DNA of 57,308 bases, counting the filler, from Sphacelaria rigidula (lineage: Eukaryota): assembly GCA_964200075.2 (NCBI GenBank). It is 6 parts of 6 records of this genome, joined end to end, with 100 filler letters (N's around TTAATTAATTAA, not from the genome) between each part and the next. Parts side by side here need not be neighbours in the genome. Positions count along the whole stretch, not along the records: positions 9,570 to 19,037 come from CAXNAA020008424.1; positions 19,138 to 28,605 come from CAXNAA020008425.1; 4 more parts are not named here. The stretch is one strand, 5' to 3'. This document shows, piece by piece, positions 9,900 to 20,502 of the stretch. The notes beneath the pieces are model-generated. The model worked only from the letters and a program-made list of their open reading frames with translations. It made no database searches and had not been told where the DNA came from. The translations under genes and the position numbers were made by a program. The first letter of the stretch is position 1. Every line of letters starts with the position of its first letter.

Positions 9900-11270
9900 A
9901 AGTGTCCGAGACGTGTGTTGGCGGTTTTCCCTGTTTGGGGATCAAAAGGTGGGTCAAACGTCCCAGAAGTGAACAATCCGTGGGCCAAAAATCTGTTTGC
10001 CATAACATCCGGCCTCACACCGAATCTTGGGAATATGATTTCATTTCTTCACTTGCTGGTGGCTACTGACAACTACTACACGCCATACAACTTTGGATTT
10101 CGAGAACCGAAATGTTGGGGCCCGAGGTGAGAAATCAATTTTCGGGAATTTCAGTGATCTGATCGGATCATCTCATTTCCCCGGAAAAAAATCTTCACCT
10201 AGGACCCCAACATGTCGGTTACCAGGATCTGAATTTGCCTGGCGTGTAGTAGTTGTCAATAGCTACCCGGAGGTGATGGAGTGGAATTATATTTCGAATA
10301 TTTGATGTGGAGACGAAAATGTATTTCTCCGGGTCCTCATCCTCGATAAAAAGAAACATTCCCAATTTGAAAAAGCCCGTGTTAATTGCCTAAATTTCCT
10401 AAGCGTGTGACTTCCTATGTGAGAACGAAAAGCGGTGAACGCCTCAGCCCGTGATTCATCGTGTTTCGAAAATGTTAGCCAAAACCCCAACAGTAATATC
10501 CCCATATCATATGTGAGTCGGTAAGCAGAGCGATCTTGGTGCGAACATCGCGACTGTCGCAACGCACCGCGCAATATCTCGAACTGCGACCTCAAATTTT
10601 GACGCATGATTTGCAAGGAACTCGCCGACACTTGCACAACCTGACCCGATTGTCTTCACATTTTTCGCCCGAGATCAGGCTGATTCAACTTCTTCAGTGG
10701 ATTGAAAATCGGGATCATTCGGCGGACTAAGGCCAACTCTTCTGGAAGCGTTTAGAATTTTATTTCGCAGACTGTTGTACGCACATCAACATGCTTCGTA
10801 CTATATGCCGAGGGAGTTCAATGACTCGCCTGTCGCGAGTGTAGCGGCCGCAAATGAATGACTGGACTTCATGACGAGCACGTTAGGTCGCTTTCAACAG
10901 AGTTTGGAAACTTGTACAAATCGCTCTGATATACGCCTGCATTCCTGGGTGCTGCAGAGAGACACCTGCCTTGGACTGAAGACAAAACACGCCAACATGG
11001 ACGAACAATTTCAAGTCAGCGTGGACACACCTCTGCTCACAGGAGGGTAGCTTTTGTTTGCTCTTACGCCATTTGCCACGAGTGGGGCACAAACGCTCAG
11101 GGGCAAAAGTGTGTACACGGAGATATCGCACAACGCTGTTCAGCGCCCGAAATGGAAGGCGGGCACCATTGTCTACATCAGAGAGGAGGGGGGAAAGGAG
11201 GCCGCCAAAAACAACCGAGATAACTCTTCTCTTTATTCCTATAGAATATTTCGCGCATTTATCCACTTGA
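9900..11270 (-). pseudogene. Degenerate transposase-like gene (DUF6729/Mutator-like motifs)
   Basis: Minus-strand fragments in order: VHTFAPERLCPTRG...QRCVHADLKLFVHVG..C...HPGMQAYI; MGILLLGFWLTFSKHDES; RPDVMA/TDFWPT (frameshifted). The last motif is shared with 19196-19229. Confidence 0.45.
10016..10309. mobile_element. Foldback/hairpin element (~290 bp imperfect palindrome centred near 10163)
   Basis: Perfect 19-bp inverted repeat TGACAACTACTACACGCCA (10067-10085 / 10240-10258); arms pair imperfectly along the full length. No TSD found. Confidence 0.8.
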
Positions 11271-13682
11271 CCTGCTCCAAATCGATCATCGGTCTCTTCT
11301 CACAGTGACAGCGACAAAAAATGGGGAAAAACAACGGAAGGAAGAGTCGAATCCCAAATCGGCCCACTTCAAGCAACACCACCATCATGGTTGACGACAA
11401 CAAACCCGAAACCCTTCTACAAATTCAAAAAAGAGACAAATCAATCATGATACGCAAGCCTACCTAGCAGCACCATACAAGAATTATTAAAAAAATAAAC
11501 GGAACACGACCCGACCAAACCTACTCAGGCAAGAAAAACCACCAACGCCCTTACAAGGGCGGGAGTCCACGCTTGATGACCTGGGGAGGGACGATGGGGG
11601 AAGGGGGCTCACCCGAAAGGGCGGAGAACACCCCCACCCTGGAAGAGTGTTTCGTCAAGTAACCCGGAAACTTTCGACCCCTGAACAAATGGCAACTTGT
11701 CGGTCACCTTTCCCCCTTCCCCCCACCCAAACAAAAATGGGAAAAAAACGAAAACAAAATCGGGTGCAACGGTTGGTTGCTCTTTGGTACGGCTCATGGA
11801 AGGTGGGAGAACACACATGTATGACCCCACAAAACAATGCATTTCTTCCGCGGAAACATCTGTTCCATCCTTGTTGCACAAAACAGTGCATTCGGGGCTC
11901 GGCTGGTGACCATCCTATTGGGTTTATCGTAAGGAACCTCCAAGCGCCAACCTCACCCACTGGAGAATCTCCCACTTCCTGTCTGCCGCGGATCGCCCTG
12001 TGGCTGGACGACATGTAGTCGTGTATCCAGGTATTACCGAGCTGTCAAATCCCTGCTTTTCCTATGCTGAACGAAACTCATATGCTACAAATCGCTCACG
12101 TTCTCCACTCCTACCGTCATTCACACAGCACAAAATCACACAACACGCATAACAGACCATCACTTCTGGCGTGAATAAAACCATTACCCCCCCTTTGAAA
12201 GTTTGACTTGGTGGTGGTGGGGGGGGGGGGGGGGGGGGGGGGGGGGATTCACAAAAACGTGGCGTAATTATAAAACCCCCCCCCCAAAAAAACCAACACC
12301 GGGCCCCNNNNNNNNNNACACCAATAATAGAACGTTTTTTTTTGTTTTAAAAAAACCTTTTCCCCCCCTTTTGATTTTTGGGTGGGGGGGGGGGGGGGGG
12401 GGGGGGGGGAGGGGGGTTATTACACAAACCTTGGCTGAATTTATCAACGCCCTCCTCAATAAGACCATTACCGGGACCCTGATTTCTCGTCACAACTCTC
12501 GTCCTCCCATCCCTTGCCCCGTAGAGGGTGGGGGGTCCATCTGGCCTCGTCAAAACTAGACTAAACATGTATGATTCCATCAAAATGCATGAATCGAAAG
12601 AACTAGACAACGAGCACCAGTTGCCAACAAGCTTAGTGCCACTGCCGCTGCTCTACCTTTGCTCCGCCACAGGAGAGAGAGCTACGAGCTGGGCCGGTCA
12701 TGAAACGTGCATATCCTGGGCACGCAACCACTTCCTCAGTTTCCGGAATTCACCTTATGTGAGTATATTGCCGTGGACTGCAGACCAACCGGTGATGCAC
12801 GCTCTGCTGCTAAAAAAATGAAGAAAAAATGTATCGCATAGTTCATTACCCCAACGACGGAACCATATTCTGCAACAACAACAAAAAGAGAACATGTCGG
12901 GATTCGAACTCGTGACCTCCATATCTGGAGTCTCCGGTATCACTCAGATTACCGGGGAGCGAGCACACAACAAGTTGCACGCGCAGCGTAGTTTTAGAAG
13001 GTTTTAGCCGATATTATACAAGGATCTTCTGCACGCAGGTTAAAAAAATCGTGCTCGAAGCAGCAACAGTTTCTCGTACTTTTTATGGAGTGATGACATC
13101 ATCTCTTGTTTGCTGAAATTTCAAATCTCTCTAAGTTTCCGTTTTTATTCCTTCTTTCCTATTACCTTGACCACGTTCCGCGTATCGATAATAATCATAT
13201 CGTATCAAAATTTCAGCCCCTAACTCTTAACATGACGCGGTACGTCACCTGTCAGCCGCAAACAGGGACCGTCTCCCGGCCCAGCTCGTAGAACTCTACA
13301 GATTCTATATGTAGTTTTCGTATGAAGTCTTACAGACAATAGCCATCTCAACGACACTGTCGAGGAAACGTCACGCATGTCCTCTCAACGTCGGGTCACA
13401 TACTGTCACCCACCACGACCACACAGAATGAAACACGAAACAAACGCCATCAACGTCAATATCACCTTACACTAACCGCCCCTCGCCACACCCCCACGCC
13501 ATCCCGCCTACGCCCGCCCGTCGTGCCAGCCTCACGTTCGACGAGTCGTTTCTGTTGTAAGTCACCCCGAAACCGAAACAAATGAAGCCACAAAGCAAGC
13601 ACATCGCAACTCGTACGCAAAATAGAACCCGTCCCTCTCTCCTTTCCGCCTCAAACATTCACGACATACACGCGGCCGTTCC

Positions 13683-14081
13683 TCAAGAAGACAAGTTTTC
13701 CGCGTCCTTCCCGTCACTCCGGTTGCCGTCAGGGTCTCCCTGCTGCTGATATTGCTGCCCTTCCTCACTTTGATTCTTGAATTCATCGGAAGCAACGGCC
13801 GTCACGGCAGACACACCACCAGCACCACCTTCGCTATTCCCATCATCGCCCGTGCTGTCGGCAGGAGCAGCATCGGCGGTATCATCGATCGACGACGAGG
13901 TAGGATCACCGTCACCCCCGCCAGCGCCAACGGCAGAGGAAGTGGCTTCGGCATTGGAGGTAGCGTCGGCGTCAGCATCAACGTCAGCGGCGACTTGTTG
14001 AACGCCGTGCTGCTGCAGGTTCTGCATGATGTTGCTTTGCTCCTCGCTCTTGCACCGTTCCTGTGCCCGAACCAATTCCAA
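13683..14081 (-). CDS. Terminal exon of a low-complexity/coiled-coil protein (LELVRAQERCKSEEQSNIMQNLQQ...ENLSS*)
   Basis: Acceptor tttatag| at 14082, phase 0, continues exon 15231-15097 in frame; TGA stop at 13683-13685. Confidence 0.8.
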   Translation of the reverse strand: MELVRAQERCKSEEQSNIMQNLQQHGVQQVAADVDADADATSNAEATSSAVGAGGGDGDPTSSSIDDTADAAPADSTGDDGNSEGGAGGVSAVTAVASDEFKNQSEEGQQYQQQGDPDGNRSDGKDAENLSS

Positions 14082-15096
14082 CTATAAATCATATCATTTG
14101 TTGGGTATCGTTGCCGCCGCCATAATCGCGACCACCCCCACAATAGCCGGGGTTTTGTGTCATTTTGAAAGTTGCGTTTTCGCGGCGTGAGATTCATTTT
14201 CCCATCCATTCCCACGTGGTCCGCGTGTGTGCGGTTCAGAAGCACACCCCGGGCGTAAGCAAGTGAGTAGGCCATCCAGGCGATAGGGAGAGCACGAGAA
14301 TGGGTCGGGAGAGCAACGGCGGAAGCGGCAGAGGAAGAGAAGCGATGTGCACAAGATGACGTCAGCCTTCTGTGACACAGACGTGACTACATTCCGAGCA
14401 TTAGCGGATCAACAGCAAGCTATGAAGAGGCTCATCCTTCGGACACACAATCGCAACTCAAGTGCGGACTCCCGAAGACGGTTGAAGATGACATCCCCCT
14501 CCCACCTCTGCCCCCCCCCGCGATAGCCACAGCTTTCACATCGCTTCAGCGCTCGAAGTGTTGACTCTTGCGTCCTTGGCAAGATCTCTTGTAGACATCG
14601 ATCTCCCAGCCGAGAATTTTGAGGAGAATAACCTCATATTTTCTATCGAGGACCCCGAGATTGGAAAGCAGTACCATCGGAAGGGGTTATTCTTTATTCC
14701 CCATGCTATATACGATGCCATACATGCACAACAGTTGCCGTCGAAAGAGTTAACGGAAGTTGGAGCATGACAAAAAAGAGCGAAATAAGACTCAAGTTTG
14801 AGTTCATACAACAGGATATCGTCGTACACGCTGTACAGAAATTATCCCACTTCAGTAGTCTGCGTTGTGGATCGATTGAAACGGCCCTTCCATCCTCCCA
14901 CAGACGCATCAGAGTGCGCAGGAAAATGGATGCCTACTTTTCGGGGGGAGGGGGAAGGATTTGATTCATCGAAGGACCCCCTCCACCTTTCTAAAATTGG
15001 GAGTTTGCACAACCGTGCTGTACAAATTTGAGAAAAGAGAACACGTAAGGCATCGGTTAATGCAAAGTTATAATGAGAAACTCCCTTATACATCAC

Positions 15097-15231
15097 CTTA
15101 GCCTCATCGATCCTAGAAAGTTGTTCCAGAAGGTAAGCCTTAACGGTGTCCAGCTGTCCCATGCTGAGGCCGGCCCGCATCGCCTCCACGTCCCACACCA
15201 GGTGCTCTACTTTTAGCGCCACGACCGCCGC
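15097..15231 (-). CDS. Internal exon (AAVVALKVEHLVWDVEAMRAGLSMGQLDTVKAYLLEQLSRIDEAK)
   Basis: aag| acceptor and |gtgatg donor; 135 bp, phase 0/0; joins the neighbouring exons in frame. Confidence 0.75.
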
Positions 15232-15635
15232 CTTCCATGCATCGGTTGCGTCGTTCGAAGCATATCGCCATGTCGTCGTGTCGTTTTGTCCCGAAACGTC
15301 CAAGGAGCAACATGTCGAACGGAACGAAGGTCCAGAGGGGAATAAATCCAGCCACCACATGGGTATCCAATAAAAACGAGGAAGAAGAGAAAGAAAAAAA
15401 AAGTCAAGAGAAGCACGCCGTGTGTCAAAGAGTGGGCAGGGATAACTCCACACCAGGAGTACACCCATGTTGTTGACATATACACACAACGAGACACACA
15501 ATAAGCAACAAATGTTCCTAGAACGCTCGCGACTATGATCGAAATAAAAGGTGCAAGCGTCTCATGCTACCTCCCCGTGAAATCGTTCCTAGTGGGGATA
15601 GTCTTGCTGGGCGTTGCCCAGTATATTCAACTCAC

Positions 15636-17797
15636 CTGTGGGGAGGACGCCTCAAGCATAGCCTGCGCGCGGCTCAAAACCCCGGCCGCCCCGTGATCAG
15701 CAACGCGTGCAACAGTAGTAGAGGGAGAACTTGGCACTGGCGACGAAGACCGGTGGTCCCTGTCCGGCGCTGTAGGCAGGATACCCGCCATGGCCCCATT
15801 TACCGCCCCCCCGGGCCGACCCTCTAAATTGTTGATCGCATGCTGAGGTGGAAAATGAGGGGCGGCATGGGTTATCATGCTGCCACTGTCGCCACCGCCG
15901 GCTCTGGCAACGAAGGCCCCAGGGTGATGAATGAAGCTGTTGGGGGCCGCCAATGGGAGCGGCGGCAGTGGTGGCGGCGGGTGGTTGTTACCATGATGGC
16001 CCCAGGGACCGCCCACTCGAGGAGGTGGTGGCGGCGGTGGCGGGGCCGGTGACGAATGCATCATCATCGGCGGGGAGGCCGCTGCGGGCAAGCTGTTCAA
16101 GTGCAATGCCACCGTCTGCCCTGCTGCCACTCCGCGCTCTCTCTGGGGTGGCATTGGCGGCACTTCGGAGAATGACGGAGGAGTCTGGTGTGATCCCTGC
16201 GCTGTCACTTGATTCATCCGCGGCGCGTCTTGCTGATGCTGCTGCTGCACCGTAGAGGGGCCGCATGGATGCGCCACGTAGGGGGGGAGCAGTGGTGACC
16301 GCTGAAGGTGAGGAGGAACTTCTGCACGTGTTAACGGCTGCTGCTGCGGCGGCGGCGGCGGCGACGGCGTCCAAGCATCCGCATTTACGTTCAACGGCCG
16401 TTGGCGAGGTTGGTTGGGCGGTCGTTGATTGACTCCTCCGATGTCGCCAGGGGCGGAGGAGGACACGGTGGAGGGTCCATCGTTGGGGGCAGATGTCCCG
16501 CCGGCTGAAGATATTGCGCCTTTGTCTGTCGCCGATGGGGGTGGCTGTGAGACAACGGAAGCCGGCGGAGGAGGCACAGGCACAGGCTTGGCAGTGGCCT
16601 CGACACCCGGCGATGGTGATACACTAGATGAAGATACCGAGGAAGGTGGTCGTGCAGGTAACGACGCCGACGACGGTTGTACTTGTGATTGCACTGACGG
16701 CGCAACCGCTACAGAACCTGGGGTTGATGCTGCCGCCGACGTCGGTTGCGATCGTTGTCTGCCCACACGCCGCGTCGCTGCCGGCGCACTTACCACACTT
16801 TTCTCCCTTTCGTCTCTACCAGCTGGGACACCGCCGCCTCGTTCGCTGACGGCGACGCCCCTTCGGCTGCCGCCAGCGTCAGTAGCGCTGAAGACGCGTT
16901 GCCCTATTCGTGTGTCTTGCGGCGCGGCGCCCGTGCCCCCTCCCTTTCGCCTGACCGGCGGTTTTGGCATGGCTCTCGTTCCCCTAGCGGCACCCTTTTT
17001 CTTTCGAGGTCGAGCAACGACCGACCAAGACTCTTCGTCGTGGGCAGGGTAGCTGGCGTCAACCTCTCGTCCGTCAGGACTCAAACCACGCCCGAGCTCA
17101 CTCGTTCGTCCCCTCGTCCCATCAACTACGGAGTCAATCTCGCCGATGGTATTTCGCAACGCAGAATAATCAGGGTCTGCTAGTCCCTTTTCTTCACCAC
17201 TAGTACCAGCACCACTCCCGCCCCTCGCGGAAGTCGAGTCTGCCCTTACTCCCGTCCCTCCCTCGGCCACGCCAATGGACGCCCCTATCCCGGCCGCCGA
17301 TGTCATCCCGCCGCCGGCCGCATCTCGGCCAGGGCCGGTGGTAGTAGCACCGTCCGCTTCTTCGCTGGAAGGGTGCGAACCCACCTCGTCGTCCGTCTCA
17401 CCCTCAGTGTCGCTAGTTCCCGGGCTGCTGCCGTCGTCGGTCCCCTTCTGCTGCTGATGCGCGTTCGAGCCTGCTTCTCTCTTTCGGCCCATGTCTTGTT
17501 CATCTTGTGATGCATCACCCTCCTGGCTGCTCCCCGGCGCACTGGATGTCGCGGACCCCGACGCCACCGTTGATGAACTCGAAACTTGTCCGTGTCCAGC
17601 CTCCACCGTGTCCACGGCCGTTTGTGGTGGACACGAATCCCCGCCCTGGGTTAAACTCACGCTACCCCCGCCGCCCTCGCCTGCGGCGCCGCCACCGACT
17701 AGCGACGGCGGTGTTACTGACGCCAACGACGCCTTTGCCTTGCTCTTTTTTTTCCTCTTGCCTGCTTTACCTGCGGCGCTTTTCTTCCCAGCGACGA
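15636..17797 (-). CDS. 2.16-kb exon encoding a G/S/P/A-rich disordered region with a basic NLS-like tract and a PAM2-like motif; upstream exons not identified
   Basis: Lies within the 741-aa ORF 15627..17852; acceptor atcacag| at 17798, donor CAG|GTGAGT at 15635; contains KRKKKSKAK, WSVVARPRKKK and RPLNVNADAWTPS. Confidence 0.85.
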
Positions 17798-17899
17798 CTG
17801 TGATTGCAACATAGTAAGCACCCGTGCACATGGCGGGAGCAAAAGCCAACAAAGGCGAAGCCGCCAGGTGTAATATGCTACAACCATGCGTTCAGTTTA

Positions 17900-18520
17900 G
17901 CCACGTCGTTTTCTTCCATCATTACGCCGCGCCTCAAAAACAAATACGATAGATTCGGAGGCAAAGCTTATCAGGCAAGCATGATGGCAATGAGATCATG
18001 GCTAGGATTTGTTGACAAGGTGATATTGACAGCCATCCTTCCATGTACGCCTTGCGTCACAGTAACACTGCTGTGCTCGTCGCGAGCGAATAAAGAAGAG
18101 GACCTCCATAACAGGGTGTCCGCGAGTGGATTTGATTTCAGAACTGAGTAATGTGAAGCGAAGCAGCACATGAAACCAGACATTTTGGCTGCAGCAAACC
18201 GCAAAACCTGTCTGATATCGCTTCCCAAAACTCACAGGTTTTGGCGGCGTACGGACGTCCGAAACCGCGGTAATTGGGGCTGCTGCTGCTGCAGCAGCAT
18301 ATTCGTGTGTCAGGTAATCAAACGATACTCAACACCAATTATTCTGTTTCGAACGGGAGATACGTCATCATAATGACGCCGTTGGCCATGCGTTTCATTC
18401 GCGCCATCGACTTTCGTGTGAAAACATTCAATGCTTGTCAAAACCTTCATCAAGTTACAGTTCTTTATTTCCGTTCTTTTTTCAATCGATCGTGCCCGTT
18501 TCATCCCTATTTTTCCTCAC
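17900..18520 (-). pseudogene. pogo/Tc5-like DDE transposase relic
   Basis: Minus-strand KVDGANETHG (cf. I.N.DETG), KMSGFM, LFARDEHSSVT (cf. LLILDGHSSH) and NITLSTNPSH (cf. NI.L..LP.H), in the expected order, with stops. Confidence 0.5.
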
Positions 18521-19037
18521 TCGTTCGTCACCATGGATTATTTCAATATTCAGGGAGGGGGGTAACGGGCAGACCGTGGTCTTGAACAGAAAAAAAAAAA
18601 AAAAATGACTGCTATAACAAACAAGTCGAGTAGTTTTCATCACCCCCATCGTTCCGTTCTTGGAATCGATCGAATCCATTTTTCACTCACGGGCCATCTT
18701 GTGCATCAAGGATGTTGAACAACTCACTAGCGCTCAGTGTCGGGCTAGATATGGACAGGCCCCCTCTACAATGAATCTCCGCCATGGACATCCGGCAGTT
18801 ACCAAGCCCAGGCACCGACGAAGTCAGTCTCGGTTGGCGAAAGAAAGATCATCGGATAATGCAAAACAGTGTGCGATGGCATGCATGCCGTGAAACACGA
18901 CCGTCTGCGCTCGAAACACAACACTCGACATGACGAGTTGAGTCAGAATTACGCACCTTTCCCAGCTCCCAACAACGCACCGGCGACATCCAACTCTCCC
19001 AATAACAGCATTTCCCTCTCCTTTGATTCCCTCTCCA

Positions 19038-19137
19038 NNNNNNNNNNNNNNNNNNNNNNNNNNNNNNNNNNNNNNNNNNNNTTAATTAATTAANNNNNNN
19101 NNNNNNNNNNNNNNNNNNNNNNNNNNNNNNNNNNNNN
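19038..19137. other. Artificial contig linker
   Basis: Same N44-TTAATTAATTAA-N44 structure. Confidence 0.98.
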
Positions 19138-19740
19138 AATATCGTTCCCGAAACCAAATTTGTCGCGGATTTCTTTCACCAGGATTCCAAATTCTGTGGG
19201 CCAAACATCTGTTGCCATAACATCCGGCCCAGTTCTTCAGCAGATGCGGAGAAACTCGGGAACAATTTCCGGGGAGAAAGGGGTGTGGTCGTTGTGGCGT
19301 TCATGAACGGCAAATGGGCGGGGGAAAAGAGCCGAATGTGTGGACGCCATGGTTGGAGTTGGCGCGTATATTCCCTTGCGTGCAGCATGCCCCGTCAGAG
19401 GTTCTGTCTGGGAAGCGTGGCCCAGGGCAGGCACTCTCCGGACCGACTGCTGGCCCAGATAAGGTACGATTAGAAAATAATTCCTAGATCAGGTATTGTA
19501 CACCTGGCCAAAATGCGGCCTAAAAAGGGAAAGTGATTTCTGGAGGTGATACGTTCTCTTGCGCATGCGGCTTTATCTCGTGAGTGACATGTTTTTTCTG
19601 GATTGTTTTCACACTCTGGACAAGGGACATAATGATAGTCCACTGCTTCAGCAATAGACACGGGTGGAAGTTGCAATCGGGGGGCTCTTCGGCACCCGGG
19701 CCTCACCCTTAACAGGGCAATGTCCCTTTGACCCTGCATA
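19138..19740 (-). pseudogene. Second DUF6729/Mutator-like transposase relic, truncated by the contig start
   Basis: YHYVPCPECENN...; PDVMATDVWPTEFGILVKEIRDKFG; nucleotide match GTGGGCCAAA.ATCTG(T)TTGCCATAACATCCGGCC with 9980-10014. Confidence 0.45.
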
Positions 19741-19786
19741 TTTGTAGCCCAATGTCTACCTGTGATATAACTGTCATCAGAAATTA

Positions 19787-19860
19787 GGAAGACGAGCCTA
19801 CGTCTGTGACCACGGGTTCGCGAGATCGGACCAATGTGCGGAAAAGTAATGATGAAGATA
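19787..19860 (+). repeat. 3' end of a non-LTR element (GACGAGCCTACGTCTGTGACCACGGGTTCG family)
   Basis: Same motif at 38140-38173 (+) and 55700-55770 (-), where it is followed by an (AAT)-type tail. Confidence 0.65.
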
Positions 19861-20291
19861 CTGAAAATATTTCAATATTTCTCTCGGTCAGGTTGCGCAC
19901 AGTTTACAACTATCCTTCACCCCACTACTGCCTCGCAGCGCAGACAACGCCTTGGACCGCCAAAGCTGGTACTCGTACGTCAACGCCTACCTGCGACATC
20001 AACCTACCACACACACGTAAAGCATAGCATCAGCAGACCCAAGGTGCGCCGTGTTCAAATGCCTAACCTTCCAGAATACCGACTTCGCAGTGTTGGATGA
20101 GACGGGTAGATACTCACCCTGGATGGCCGCACACGGGTAACAGCAGTAGTAGTAGCCAATGCGCTCACTGTACCCGAGAAGCCTAGGTTCCAGCTCCACC
20201 ACACGTGCACCGTGTCTTGAAGTCGGGCGTTGTATTAGACGAGCATCGGAGAAATCATCCTACTGCACTCGCAACTTTTGTTTGGTCCCTC

Positions 20292-20502
20292 TGTAATGCG
20301 TGAGAGGACCGCGTGCTTAGAGGACCGCATCGGGATTTGAACATTCCTCTGGTAAGTGTTAGGGTTAGGGTTAGTGTTGGGGTTATGGTCAGGGGCGTGG
20401 TACTTGCAGGGACTGGTCCGATTGGTTTTGAAAAACGTCGACCCTGGGGTGCTTTGAACTACGGCGCGGTCCTCTAAGCACGCGGTCCTCTCACGCATTA
20501 CA
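20292..20502 (+). mobile_element. Full-length MITE (211 bp) with 37-bp perfect TIRs, internal TTAGGG repeats and 4-bp TSD CCTC
   Basis: TGTAATGCGTGAGAGGACCGCGTGCTTAGAGGACCGC ... GCGGTCCTCTAAGCACGCGGTCCTCTCACGCATTACA; CCTC at 20288-20291 and 20503-20506. Confidence 0.92.

Noticed and set aside
12205..12445. Long G homopolymers / G-quadruplex locus and ORFs 12203..12559, 12268..12468
   Set aside because: The two sides of the 10-N gap look like noisy duplicates of one poly-G site; probably a sequencing or assembly artefact.
15840..17814. Plus-strand and alternate-frame ORFs overlapping the 741-aa ORF
   Set aside because: Shadow ORFs of a GC-rich low-complexity exon; only the minus frame has matching splice sites.
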